Shown here: piece by piece, positions 49,423-63,200 of the stretch | Layout: each line of letters opens with the position of its first letter | How positions within the stretch are numbered: position 1 is the stretch's first letter | Position numbers and translations under genes: made by a program | Assembly (NCBI RefSeq): GCF_036971445.1 | Contig: NC_091481.1 | Location: 69,936,001 to 70,000,000 of the forward strand | Length of the DNA: 64,000 nt | Direction of reading: 5' to 3' | Source of the DNA: Narcine bancroftii | Taxonomy: Eukaryota | Notes under the pieces: generated by a model | What the model saw: the letters and a program-made list of their open reading frames with translations, nothing else | What the model was told of the DNA's origin: nothing | The model's database searches: none

Positions 49423-51720
49423 TCTTTTTTGGCTTGGTTTCGCGGACGAAGATTTATGGAGGGGGTAAAAGTCCACGACAGCTGCAGGCTCGATTGTGGC
49501 TGACAAGTCCGATGCGGGACAGGCAGACACGGTTGCAGCGGTTGCAGGGGAAAATTGGTTGGTTGGGGTTGGGTGTTGGGTTTTTCCTCCTTTGTCTTTT
49601 GTCAGTGAGGTGGGCTCTGCGGTCTTCTTCAAGGGAGGTTGCTGCCCGCCGAACTGTGAGGCGCCAAGATGCACGGTTTGAGGTGATATCAGCCCACTGG
49701 CGGTGGTCAACGTGGCAGGCACCAAGAGATTTCTTTAGGCAGTCCTTGTACCTCTTCTTTGGTGCACCTCTGTCACGGTGGCCAGTGGAGAGCTCGCCAT
49801 ATAACACGATCTTGGGAAGGCGATGGTCCTCCATTCTGGAGACGTGACCCACCCAGCACAGCTGGATCTTCAATAGCGTGGACTCGATGCTGTCGGCCTC
49901 TGCCATCTCGAGTACTTCGATGTTAGGGATGAAGTCGCTCCAATGAATTTTGAGGATGGAGCGGAGACAACGCTGGTGGAAGCGTTCTAGGAGCCGTAGG
50001 TGATGCCGGTAGAGGACCCATGATTCAGAGCCGAACAGGAGTGTGGGTATGACAACGGCTCTGTATACGCTAATCTTTGTGAGGTTTTTCAGTTGGTCGT
50101 TTTTCCAGACTCTTTTGTGTAGTCTTCCAAAGGCGATATTTGCCTTGGAGAGTCTGTTGTCTATCTTGTTGTCGATCCTTGCATCTGACGAAATGGTGCA
50201 GCCGAGATAGGTAACCTGGTTGACCGTTTTGAGTTTTGTGTGCCCGATGGAGATGTGGGGGGGCTGGTAGTCATGGTGGGGAGCTGGCTGATGGAGGACC
50301 TCCGTTTTCTTCAGGCTGACTTCCAGGCCAAACATTTTGGCAGTTTCCGCAAAACAGGACGTCAAGCGCTGAAGAGCTGGCTCTGAATGGGCAACTAAAG
50401 CGGCATCGTCTGCAAAGAGTAGTTCACGGACAAGTTGCTCTTGTGTCTTGGTGTGAGCTTGCAGGCACCTCAGATTGAAGAGACTGCCATCCATGCGGTA
50501 CCGGATGTAAACAGCGTCTTCATTGTTGTGGTCTTTCATGGCTTGGTTCAGCATCATGCTGAAGACTACCATACTGCAATCCACTGAAGAGGTACTGGGC
50601 TTCTCCTCCAGGAAAAACAAGGACTGGTTCGACGATAACAGCCAGGAAATCCAGGAGCTGCTGGCAAAGAAGCGAGCTGCCCACCAGGCTCACCTTACAA
50701 AGCCGTCCTGTCCAGAGAAGAAACAAGCCTTCCGTCGCGCATGCAGCCATGTTCAGCGCAAACTCCTGGAGATCCAAAATGAGTGGTGGACTAACCTCAC
50801 TAAGTGAACCCAGCTCAGCGCGGACATTGGCGACTTCAGGGGTTTCTACGAGGCTCTAAAGGCTGTGTACGGCCCCTCACCCCAAGTCCAAAGCCTGCTG
50901 CGCAGCTCAGACGGCAAAGTCCTCCTTAGCGACAAGATCTCCATCCTCAACCGATGGTCAGAACACTTCCAATCTCTTTTCAGTGCCAACCGCTCAGTCC
51001 AAGATTCCGCCCTGCTCCAGCTCCCTCAACAGCCCCTAAGGCTAGAGCTGGATGAGGTCCTCACCCAGGATGAGACATATAAGGCAATTGAACAACTGAA
51101 AAGTGGCAAAGCAGCAGGTATGGATGGAATCCCCCCAGAGATCTGGAAGGCTGGCGGCAAAACTCTGCATGTCAAACTGCATGAGTTTTTCAAGCTTTGT
51201 TGGGACCAAGGAAAACTGCCTCAGGACCTTCGTGATGCCATCATCATCACCCTGTACAAAAACAAAGGCGAGAAATCAGACTGCTCAAACTACAGGGGAA
51301 TCATGCTGCTCTCCATTGCAGGCAAAATCTTCGCTAGGATTCTCCTAAATAGAATAATTCCTAGTGTCGCCGAGAATATTCTCCCAGAATCACAGTGTGG
51401 CTTTCGCGCAAACAGAGGAACTACTGACATGGTCTTTGCCCTCAGACAGCTCCAAGAAAAGTGCAGAGAACAAAACAAAGGACTCTACATCACCTTTGTT
51501 GACCTCACCAAAGCCTTCGACACCGTGAGCAGGAAAGGGCTTTGGCAAATACTAGAGCGCATCGGATGCCCCCCAAAGTTCCTCAACATGGTTATCCAGC
51601 TGCACGAAAACTAACAAGGTCGGGTCAGATACAGCAATGAGCTCTCTGAACCCTTCTCCATTAACAATGGCGTGAAGCAAGGCTGTGTTCTCGCACCAAC
51701 CCTCTTTTCAATCTTCTTCA
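49423..51720 (-). mobile_element. RTE LINE with an inverted 5' half (3' part on minus, 49423-~50565; 5' part on plus, ~50560-51720)
   Basis: Shared flanking TSD CAAAACAAT; the two halves are contiguous in element coordinates. Confidence 0.88.
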
Positions 51721-52266
51721 AAACAATACTTAGACATAATCTATATACATATATTAAAATGAATCGCATTAATAAATAGTAGAGTCATGTGGAGTTATTT
51801 TAGCAGTTTTTTCAGTCATTCAGTGGTCTCACTGTCCGTGGGAAGAAGCTGGTCTGATGGTTCTGGCTCTGTTACTCCTGTAGCTCTTTCCCGCCCAGAA
51901 GAGCTGGAAGATGCTGTGTGTGGGATGGAAGAGATCCTCACAGATTTTGCATGCCTTCTTGAAACAACAGTCTGGTGGATCACATTGATGGGAGGGGTTG
52001 GGAGGGAGACCCCAATCCTCTAGATTGATCTCTGATCCAATTCTCTACGTCCACCGTACCACACTATGATGCGGCTGGTCAGGATACTCTCAATAGACAG
52101 CTTCACAGTACATGCATGGCTGAAAGATCTGCTCTGGTCCAGCTGCTGTAATGGCTTCCACTGGTGTGGATTTGGGAGGAATGGAGAGGCTTTCAGGGAT
52201 CCTCCATGGGGTCCTAGTGCCTATTTGGTGGCCCCTTGCAGGTCTAAACTGCCTGTTGAATGGGGC

Positions 52267-52952
52267 TGTTAGAAATTGAAGTACCTTTAAAGAAATTGCT
52301 CGAGACAAAAATTGAGAACAAAGAACATTTATTTTACAACAATGCAAAGTTGGGTGCTTCCCCTTACCCTGGGAATACACACACATACTGGGGCTCACCC
52401 AACTTTTATACAGTCAATTTCAGTATCAGAGTGCCCTCCCCCTTACATTCTTCTGCCCCCTGGATGGGTTTGGCATAGGCAATCCTTCCTGCCTTCGTGC
52501 AGTTTCAGTACACTTGGAGGACCAGGGGGTATCCTGTGGGTGTCCCATCATGTCATTGTCCTTATTCACACCTTCCTGATTCTCGGGGCTACAGTGTCTT
52601 GGTATGCAGAGTTGGCTCATCCTATCTAGGGATGGCTAATTTAATATGTATAAATCTGTGTAAGGTTAGCTAATTAGATATGTAGGACTTGGTACTTCTA
52701 TCTAGGGCTAGGAGACCTTTATCTGATCCAGACCACCTCAACTTCCTACATTCTATTGTACCTTACCATTCCTTTTCTTAGTCTTATGGTGGCTCTTGTC
52801 ACAAAGAAGATTCTTATGTTAATCGTGCTGACTCTGCTTTCCTGCATCCTAATCCCCAAGCTCATCCTGTTTGTACTGGTTACAGCCATTAACTGATGAA
52901 TTTTAGTTTCTTCCATGTTCATAATTTTAGATCAATTTTCCCATCTCTCACA
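52267..52952 (-). mobile_element. Solo LTR (family copy 3)
   Basis: TGT...ACA termini; GGGC on both flanks; homologous to 9737-10373. Confidence 0.78.
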
Positions 52953-54050
52953 GGGCCGATGGTGGTTTCTAGAGAATTCATTGTCCACATTGTGGCATCC
53001 CAGACTTTGAGGGTGTATGCTCCAAGGAAGCAGAGAAAGAAAACATCTGCCTACCCCCACCCCTGAAACAGAAGCCCGGGAACTCTTGTTGTAAACCACA
53101 GCAATGGGCAGCTGGTGGTCGTTTGTTGGGAACCAGGGATTGGGCACTGATGGCTTCGCAATCACTTGGGGGTTCAGAACCAGGATCCAAAGAGGTTGAC
53201 TTGGATGCATGGAAGTCAGGTCCACTGCTGGACTGGACAGAAATGGGAGTGTAGGCAACATGAGAGGAAGTGGCGGGATCCACAGATATTCGATATCTCT
53301 GAAGGAGGGTCTCTTTTGATTCTCTTCTTTGTCTTGAGAGAGGCGCTGGTAGCATAGGGCCTCTGGGTCAGAATCAGAATCAGGTTTATTGTCATGAACA
53401 AATGTCACAAAATTTGTTGTTTTGCGGCAGCGGAATGGTGCATTACAGGTGCAAAAAATGCTATAAATTATCATTCTGTAAATACAATATTTAAAAATAA
53501 ATAATTAGTGCAAAAAAGAGAAAAAAGGTGAGGTAGTGAGTATAGGTTCATTGTCCATTCAGAAATCTGATGATGGAGGGGAAGAAACTGTTTTTGTACC
53601 ATTTGGTGTTCAACATCAGGCACCTGTACCTCTTTCCTGATGGTAGCAGAGTGAAGAGGGCATGGCCCGGGTGGTGATGGTCCTTAATGATAGAGGCTGC
53701 TTTCTTGAGACACCGCCTCTTGTAGATGTCCTTAAAGGAGTCTGAACTTGGCCAGCGCCCATGATGTTGCAGGCTGAGTTCACAAATCTCTGTAGTCTTT
53801 TCCTGTCCTGTGCATTGGCAGTGGTGCAACCAGTAAGAATGCTCTCCACTGTACACCTGTGCACCTATACAGAGCAAAAGGGAAATGATTTTTGTGTATT
53901 TTGTATCTGTGACGATGGAAATATTGATGTTTCTCCCTGCCGGTGTTTCTGCCAAGTGAATACAGTATGTCTGTCTGGCTAGTCGTTTGCGGGTACGTGT
54001 CACTGTCTGTGACTGTGAATGTGTGTGCTTCTCCTCATCTGCATGTTCAT

Positions 54051-54224
54051 NNNNNNNNNNNNNNNNNNNNNNNNNNNNNNNNNNNNNNNNNNNNNNNNNN
54101 NNNNNNNNNNNNNNNNNNNNNNNNNNNNNNNNNNNNNNNNNNNNNNNNNNNNNNNNNNNNNNNNNNNNNNNNNNNNNNNNNNNNNNNNNNNNNNNNNNNN
54201 NNNNNNNNNNNNNNNNNNNNNNNN
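54051..54224. other. Assembly gap (run of N)
   Basis: 174 N bases. Confidence 1.
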
Positions 54225-56118
54225 GGAGTGGGGTTTTCTGGAGGGCAAAAAAAATGAGAAAGGCCCTGAATGGACACTGTGATACACAATTAACATACCC
54301 CTATTAATCACCTTAATTCTAGGACCTCTTGTTCTTAGGTCCTCAAACAATAGAAACAATTTATCTCTATTTACGCTACTTAGATCCTGCATGACAAGGT
54401 AGCACAGTTAGTGTAGTGGATAGCACAACACTATTACAATGCCAGTGACCCAGGCTGAAATCCGATGCTGCCTACAACGTGTTTGTATGTTGCCCCATAC
54501 AAAGAATGAGAAATTTCTATAAATGCCTTATAAATTATATTTAATATTCTTTTAAATTCAGAGACCCAGCATGGTTGATTGGAATATGTACTTTTAGAAG
54601 TACAGCTCCTGGGCAATGAGCCTGCATGCTCAAATACACCAATGTGACCAATGAACTTACTAAGCCCGTACGTCTTTGGAACATGGAAGGAAATGGAGCA
54701 AATTCGCACCGACGTGGGGAGAATGTACTAACTCCTTAAAGACAGGGTTCAGTGGCGCTGCAATAGCGTTGCGCTAACCACTATGCTAACAGAGCCGCCT
54801 CAAGTTTCCTCTTTTTCCTTTCTTGCTATTTTATTCTCTGTTAGATTTTCTTAAGATTGTTCTCACTGGGTCTTTAATGAGCCATTGACAAGTGACACCA
54901 ACTGGAGGATAACCCCCCAGAATCAGAATTTATTTTCAAGAACATATCACCAAATTTGTTTTATTGAAGCAGGATTATTATGCAAGTATTGCTATTTCAA
55001 TAATATATAGCACAATAAAAAAGAAGAAAATGAGCTAGTGTCTTTGGTTCATTGTCCATTCAGAAATCTGAAGAAGCTGTTATTGTACGTTGAGTGCTCA
55101 TCTTCAGGCTCCTGTACCTCCTTCCTGATGGTAGGATGGCCTGGGTGGTGGGGGTTTTCCGCTCTCCACTGCTGACCCCTCAATGAGGACTGGTTCCTGA
55201 TTTCCCTCTCCTGAAGACCATAGTCAACTCTTTGGTTTTGCTGATGTTGAATGCAAGGTTGTTGTGACACCACTCAACTAGCTGATCTATCTCCTGGACA
55301 CTTCCTCATTGCTGCCTGTGATTCTGTCAATGGCCATGGTGTCATTGGCAGGTTTCTTGACGGCATTTGAATTGTGTCTGGCCACACAGTTATGGTTTTG
55401 TAGCAAGTGGAGCAATAGGCTAAGCACACATCCTAGGGGGGTGCCTGGGTTGATCGTCCCTGAGGACCAGGCATTGTTTCTGATTCATACTGACTGGTTC
55501 TCTGATGAGGAAGTCAAATGTCTAGTAGCAGAGGGAGGTGGAGAGTCCCAAGTTTTGGAGCTTGTTAACCATCACTGAGGTGTTGAAGGCTGAGTTATAG
55601 TCGCTGAAGAATAGCTGGATATATGTGTTGTTGATGTCTAGGTGATCCAGAGCTGAGTGGAGAGCTAGTGCATCTGATAAGGAGTGATTATGATGGAAGA
55701 TGAATTGCAGTGGGTCCAGACCTTTACTTAGGCGTCTGCTAATTCTGGCCATGACCAGCCTCTCACTGTGTATTTTTCAGAGTATGAGCAAAGTTGGAAC
55801 GTCTAGAACCTTCTGGTACAGCCCTGCACCCTACCGAGCTGAATCTTTCTCAGTGCTACTCAGTTCCTCTTCCTTGTTACTTTTTGCTGAGACCAATTTT
55901 GGAGAACTGCCACCCTTTCAGGTCACATTTCTCTTCTTTCATGTGATTCATCCTTGGGAAGAGAGGTTAATTCCCCCATCCTCTGTAGTCCTGTGATGAC
56001 TGGACAACAAAGTTGGGGAGAACTGAGTAATAGTGTGAATCTGCCCACAGCTCCCCACCAACGACATTGGGAAAGGATTCAAACCCATGGCACTCTGTAG
56101 GAATATTGTGTGCATCTA

Positions 56119-56728
56119 CAGTAAAACCCCTGGTATCCGGCACCTATGGGGATTGGTAGATGCCAGATAAATGTATTTTACAGTTGCTTGAGACTAACTA
56201 ATCACCTGCATTAAGAATAAACAGTTTAAAAGACAAAAATACTATCACTGACACTGAACAAACTTCACGCAGTCTTTGGAAACATTTAACCATTGCTACA
56301 ACTGTAGATTCCTCCCCCTCCACGGATCTACCCGAAAGATGAACAACGGCATTATAGATAATTAACCCCCCCTCCCCCAAGTTTACAGATAAAGCCTCTG
56401 ACTGGGGCAACTCTTACTAAGCAGGGATAAGGAGACACTTTAAGAGATTGACCCCAATGCCAAGTGATATCAACCTGCTCTTCATCCTGGGCGACACCAT
56501 TGCTGTTTCACACAACTTTATTCAAACACATGCTACAAGCAAAGCCTGACCAAGGCTCTCCCTCTGCTGGATGAATATTTGCTCCCATCTTCACCAAAGA
56601 TTTATGTGTTACCTCAGAGAATATTTGCTTAGGCATTTTTTAGCTATTATTTTATTCTTTTTTTAATGCAATTTCCTCGATTTTTTTTTGCTGGTTGCTT
56701 GAGCACCTGGACACCAGGGGTTTTACTA
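56119..56728. mobile_element. Tc1/mariner-pogo type non-autonomous element
   Basis: TA flanks; TIRs CAGTAAAACCCCTGGT / ACCAGGGGTTTTACT. Confidence 0.8.
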
Positions 56729-57219
56729 TATTGTATTCCCTGTGGAATTCTCTGTCCAAGGAAGCAGTAGAGGCTGCCTCATTAAATACATTTAAGACAA
56801 GATTTAGATTTTTGCAAAGCAGGGGATTTCAGAGATATGAAGAAATGGCAGGAAAGTGGAGCTGAGTCCACAACTAGTTCAGCCAAAATCTTTTTGAATG
56901 GTGAAGCAGACTTGGTGGGCCAGATGACCAACTCATGCTCTTATTTCTTATGTGCACTCAATGAGAATGCTGTTTCAGTGACCTTCCAAAGACTAAGAGA
57001 AAAAAGCCTTCAGAGGTTTATTTATTTAGGATCTACCCCTCCCACTGTGGATCAATGAATTGCGCAAGTTCTCGTGCCTTCTCATTGCTTTACCTTATCA
57101 GTTTGCAGTTTCATAATCAAACAGACCTGTTTGAACAGTGACAGGTTTAAACAGACCTGGAAACAATCTTGCTACAGAGCGTGCAACGCAAAAGTCCCAT
57201 TGTGACCTTTTCTCCATTA

Positions 57220-57730
57220 GAGAGTCACTTCGCTCTATCTGCATCAATGACGGGGATGTCCCAGTGGCCAACCATTTCAAATCTGCACCCCACTCCCACG
57301 CTGACATGTCTGTCCATGGCCTCATGAACTGCCAAAGCAGGGTCACTCATAAATTGGAGGAGCAATACCTAATATTCTGTCTGGGCACTCTCCAACCAGA
57401 TGGTGTGAACATTGACTTCTCCAGTTTCCGCTGAACCACTCTCTATTTTCCCCCATCCCTCTGTCTCCTTACCTATAGCTTTCCACTCCTTTCCCCTCTC
57501 CATTCTCAGAGCTATGCTCCATTCCTCCTGTTTTCTCATGCTTTCCCTCTCTTATCCACCTTTTGCCAATGGCCTGTGCTCTGCCCACTGCCCCCCCCTC
57601 CACCATTTTATTTAGGCACCTGTCTACATTTTGCACATACCTTGATACATTGGTTTTGTATCTTTACTCTTGCTATATAAAGTACACAGTTTGACCTCCT
57701 AAGTTTCTCCAGCATTGAGTTTTCACTTTC
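57220..57730 (+). mobile_element. Penelope-like fragment with terminal-repeat-type sequence
   Basis: Translation PVANHF...HSHADMSVHGL...EEQYLIFCLGTLQPDG.NIDFS. Confidence 0.65.
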
Positions 57731-57949
57731 ATCTTGATTCAATTAGACTCATTGTTAAATATTCATCAGATAAAATGGGACTCATTCATTTAATAAACAA
57801 CTTTTAAGGCATTGAAACTGATTAGAATTGGGATACATGGAGCATGAAATAAATAGAAGGTGGGGAGTACAGTGAGTGGAACTTTAGGCAGGCAAGGTGA
57901 ACAGGTAGAAGCATATCGAATGGGATGTTGGTGATGGGAGGTGTCAATG

Positions 57950-58620
57950 GGACATTTAGTTGACAGGCAATATAGTGAGCAGATATTGAAAGATGCTTTC
58001 GCTGTAAACAAGAAATTGGAACAACAACACATGCAATTTGGGCATGCACAAAAGTGAGTACTTTCTGGGAAGAACTATGTCAGACATTAAGCAAAATTAC
58101 AAAAAACAATATACCAAAAAATCCAGAAATCTTTCTTGTAAATAATATAAGAGGTAAAGAACTAGGTCTCAAATTGGATAAAGCCCAAAAAAGATTCATT
58201 ATGATAGCCCTAGCAGTAGCAAAAAAATGTATAATGACTACTTGGAAGATGGAAGAGAGTCTGAAAATACAACAATGGTATGTGGAAATGAATAAATGTA
58301 TCCCATTGGAAAAGATTACATATAATTTAAAAGACAAATATACATTGTTTGAACAAATTTGGGAAGCATATATGAAACATGACAGAAAATGCCGACTTCG
58401 GACCACCATCTCCTAAGAGATAAGAAAATAAGCATGTTTCAGAGTTATTGTGCAAAAATAGATGACACGACTTTCTTAATTTTTTGTATTTCTTTTGTGT
58501 AAGATGTTGTTTTCTTGTATTATATGTTTAATATTATCAGTTTTAGAGGGGGGTGGGAAGGAGGAGAGGGAGGGTAGGGAGGGAGAAAAGAGAGAAGATG
58601 TCACTGTGTATATTTACTGA
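57950..58620 (+). mobile_element. Older L1 3' fragment
   Basis: ORF 58054-58416 is homologous to the ORF2 C-terminus of the L1 copies at 59476 and 62842. Confidence 0.85.
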
Positions 58621-59203
58621 ACAGTATTATAGTACGTTTAATCATCCAACAACAAAACAGCTGTAGGCTCTGCAAACTGAGGGAAGTACAGTAGAAGTCC
58701 TAAAATCCGGACTGCTCAGGGAATGGGTCAGTCCAGATTTTTGCATTTTCACGGTTCTCAGCAGTACTTTTTAAATTCAAAGTTAAGGAGAAATAAAGAA
58801 GAGATGAATAGGTAAATGCTGATAGTTTATTCATTAGGAAATACAGCACCTTTGTTTATCAAAACGAGAAGTTTAAAAAAAAATAAAGTGTACACTTGAC
58901 AAAAATGTAAACAAAAAGTATTTTCATTCCAAAATAAAGGGCATGTTATCATGTTTAAAAGTGAACATTGTAAAAGAAAAATACAGTGAAAATTAAAAGC
59001 AACTTTTGTTTAAGTAACCATTTGTCTTGGTGAATATCTATTGCTGCTGGGTTTATGGGTCCTCTGGGCTCATAACAGTCCCTTTAGAATGGGGATGAAG
59101 AAGAATTTCCTTATCCAGAGGGTGGCGAATCTGTGGAATTCATTGCTGCAGACAGCTGTGGAAGCCAAGTCATTTGGGGATATTTAAGACAGAGGTAGAT
59201 GTT

Positions 59204-60192
59204 TTTTTTTTTTGTTTTTTTTTTTAATTTTTCATTTTTCACACCATAAATCACAATAGCCATGATATACACTTTTTCTTTTCCACACATTTACAGTGAC
59301 TTTTTCTCCCTCCCCCCTCCCTCCTCCCAAGCCACCCCCCCACCCCCCCCCTCTCATCCATTTTAGGTATACAATCTAGGTTGCATTAATTCAGTTAGAC
59401 AATGTTGTCATTCAACAGAAATACACCAGAAATTCTACTGAGTCCATTCTTTTCTTTTCTTCTCCTTCCATCAACTTAGGTAATGTTTGTTCCCGGTAGG
59501 TTTTCGCTATTGTATTTAATGTAAGGCTCCCATACTTGTTCGAATATTTCAATATTATTTCTTAAACTATATGTTATTTTTTCTAATGGAATACATTTAT
59601 TCATTTCTATATACCATTGTTGTATTTTCAAATTATCTTCCAATTTCCAGGTTGACATAATACATTTTTTTGCTACGGCTAGGGCTATCTTGACAAATCT
59701 TTTTTGTGCATCTTCCAAGTCAATTCCAAATTCTTTATTTTTTATGTTACTTAGGAGAAAGATCTCTGGATTCTTTGGTATATTGTTTTCTGTTATTTTA
59801 TTTAATATCTGATTGAGATCATCCCAAAATTTTTCTACTCTCTCACATGTCCAGATTGCATGAATTGTTGTTCCCCTTTCTTTTTTACATCGAAAACATC
59901 TATCAGATACTGTTGGGTCCCATTTATTTAACTTTTGCGGTGTAATGTTTAGTCTGTGTAACCAATTATATTGTATCATACGCAGCCTCGTATTTATTGT
60001 ATTTCTCATCGTTCCAGAGCATAACTTCTCCCATGTTTCCTTTTTTATCTTTATATTTAAATCTTGTTCCCATTTTTGTTTAGTTTTACCATTTGTTTCC
60101 TCATTCTCCTTTTCTTGCAGTTTAATATACATATTTTTTATAAATCTTTTGATTAACATTGTATCTGTAATCACATATTCAAGGTTACTTCC
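59204..60192 (-). mobile_element. Young 5'-truncated L1 inserted into a CR1 3' fragment
   Basis: 17-bp TSD AGACAGAGGTAGATGTT (59187-59203 and 60193-60209); poly(A); open ORF2 C-terminus. Confidence 0.92.
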
Positions 60193-60231
60193 AGACAGAG
60201 GTAGATGTTCTTGATCAGGAAGGGAATCAAG

Positions 60232-63200
60232 AGTTCTATGATGTCATCTGCAAATAGACTGATTTTATATTCCTTCTCTTTTATTTTTATCCCTTTTATT
60301 TTATTTTCTGTTCTTATCAGTTCTGGCAATGGTTCTATTGCTAAAGCGAACAGTGAGGGAGATAGTGGACATCCCTGTCTAGTTGACCTGCTTAATTTAA
60401 ATTGGTTCGATATATATCCATTTACTGTCACCTTCACCACTGGACCCTTATATAATGCTTTAATCCAATTAATATATTTCTCTGGTAGGTTGAACCTCTG
60501 TAATACTTTGAATAAATAATTCCATTCTACCCTGTCAAAGGCTTTCTCTGCATCTAAAGCAACAGCCACTGTTGGCATCTTATTTTCTTGTACTGCATGG
60601 ATTAAGTTAATGAACTTACAGACATTGTCCGTTGTTCGTCTTTTCTTAATAAATCCAGTTTGATCTAGTTTTACTATTTTTGGTACACAATCAGCCAATC
60701 TGTTTGCTAATAGTTTTGCTATTATCTTATAATCTGAATTAAGTAGAGATATTGGTCTATACGATGCTGGTGTTAGTGGATCTTTCCCCATCTTTGGTAT
60801 TACTGTAATTATTGCTGTTTTACATGAATCTGGCATGTTTTGTGTTTCTTCTATCTGGTTTATTACTTCCAGGAGAGAAGGAATTAGTAACTCTTTAAAT
60901 GTTTTATAGAATTCTATTGGGAGTCCATCCTCCCCAGGCGTTTTATTGTTCGGTAGCTTTTTTAATATATCTTGTATTTCCTCTATTTCAAATGGTTTTA
61001 TCAATTTGTTTTGCTCCTCTTCTTCCAATTTTGGTAGTTCAATTTTAGCTAGAAACTCATCTATTTTGTCTTCTTTTCCTTCGTTCTCAGTTCAGTATAA
61101 TTTCTCGTAGAATTCCTTAAAGTTTTCATTGATCTCTGTTAGGTTATATGTAATTTGTTTGTCCTTTTCCCTTGATGCCAATATCATTCTTTTAGCTTGT
61201 TCTGTTTTAAGCTGCCAAGCCAGTATTTTGTGCATTTTTTTCTCCTAGCTCATAATACTTCTGCTTTATTTTCATTATGTTCTTCTCCACCTTATATGTT
61301 TGTAGTGTTTCATATTTTACTTTTTAGCCCGCCAATTCTCTTTTTGTTGTATCTTCGCTTGTTGCTAGTTCTTTTTCTGTACTGACTATTTCCCTTTCCA
61401 GCTGTTCTATTTCCCGATTGTAGTCCTTTTTCATCTTAGTTACATAACTTATTATCTGCTCTCTGATGAAGGCTTTCATTGCATCCCATAATATAAATTT
61501 GTCTTTCACTGATTCCGTATTTATTTCAAGGTACATTTTAACTTGGCGCTCAATAAATTCTCTAAAATCCTGTCTTTGAAGTAGCATGGAGTTTAATCTC
61601 CATCTATATGTTCTTGGTGGGATGTCCTCCAGTTCTATTGCTAATAACAGGGGTGAGTGATCAGATAATAATCTAGCTTTATATTCCATTTTCCTAACTC
61701 TCCCTTGGATATGGGCTGATAACAGGAACAGGTCAATCTTTATGTTTTATGTCTACTCGAATAATATGAGTATTCCTTCTCCTTTGAGTGTTGCCTCCTC
61801 CATATATCCAAAAGTTGCATTTCCTGCATTGATTTAACCATAAATTTGGCTACTTTGTTCTTTCTGCTAGTCTTTTGTCCAGTTTTATCCATCTTTGATT
61901 CCAAATTAAGGTTAAAGTCCCCTCCTATCAATATATTCCCCTGTGCATCGACAATCTTCAAAAAAATATTTTGCATAAACTTTTGATCCTCTTCATATAT
62001 TGACCAAATTCCAAAAGTTCCGAATTTATCTGACATTTTATCATTACATATCTCCCTGCTGGATCTATTATTTCCTCCTCTATTTTGATTAGTACATTTT
62101 TATTGATTAATATAGCTACACCTCTGGCTTTTGAATTATATGATGCTGCCGCTACGTGACCTCCCCACTCTCTCCTTAATTTATATATGTTCCACTTCAG
62201 TTAGATGCGTTTCCTGCACGAATGCTATATCTATTTTTTTCTTTTTTCAGTAAATTTAATAGCCTCTTTCTTTTGATTTGGTTATGTATTCCATTAATAT
62301 TTATAGTCATATAAATGGGATGAAAAATTGGTACAACGTAGGAGTTCTCCAGAATTACATCATCTACTCAATATTTGGAAAAAGATTCATGTAGAAAGGA
62401 ATAAAACAAATTACCAATTACCAAAACTAATATTGACGGAAAATAAGTTACTCCCTTTTACAATAGATAACCTTTCCTTTAGAGAATGGGAGAAAAAATG
62501 GATCAAAAGAATAGAAAAATGTTTTTCAGGAAATAGATTATTATCCTTTGAACAAATGAAAGATAAATATAATATAACTCAAGATACAGTGCTGGCATAT
62601 TACCAATTAAGATCCTACTTGAAGGACAAATTAGGAAGCAGTCTGAGGTTACCAGAGGGAAGTAACTTTGAATATGTGATTACAGATACAATGATAATCA
62701 AAAGATTTATAACAAATATGTATATTAAACTGCAAGAAAAGGAGAATGAGGAAACAAATGGTAAAACTAAACAAAAATGGGAACAAGATTTAAATATAAA
62801 GATAAAAAAAGGAAACATGGGAGAAGTTATGTTCTGGAACGATGAGAAATACAATAAATACGAGGTTACATATGATACAATATAACTGGATACACAGGCT
62901 ATACATTACACCTCAAAAGTTAAATAAATGGGACCCAACAGTATCTGACAGATGTTTTCGATGTAAAAAAGAAATGGGAACAACAATTCATGCAATCTGG
63001 ACATGTGAGAAAGTAGAAAAATTTTGGGAAAATCTAAACCAGATATTAAATAAAATTACAGAAAACAATATAACAAAAAATCCAGAGATCATCCTCCTAA
63101 GTTACATAAAAAACAAATAATTTGGAATTGATTTGGATGGTGCACAAAAAGGATTTGTTAAGATAGCTCTAGCCGTAGCAAAAAAATGTATTATGTCAAC

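Noticed and set aside
42955-51614. ORFs of 250-390 aa as host genes
   Set aside because: All are fragments of RTE ORF2 with stops, frameshifts or inversion.
53943-54392. ORFs containing X runs
   Set aside because: Artefacts of translating through the N gap.
59204-62313. One near-full-length L1 on the minus strand
   Set aside because: The TSD at 59187/60193 and intervening CR1 sequence show two separate insertions; the ORF2 pieces are disrupted.
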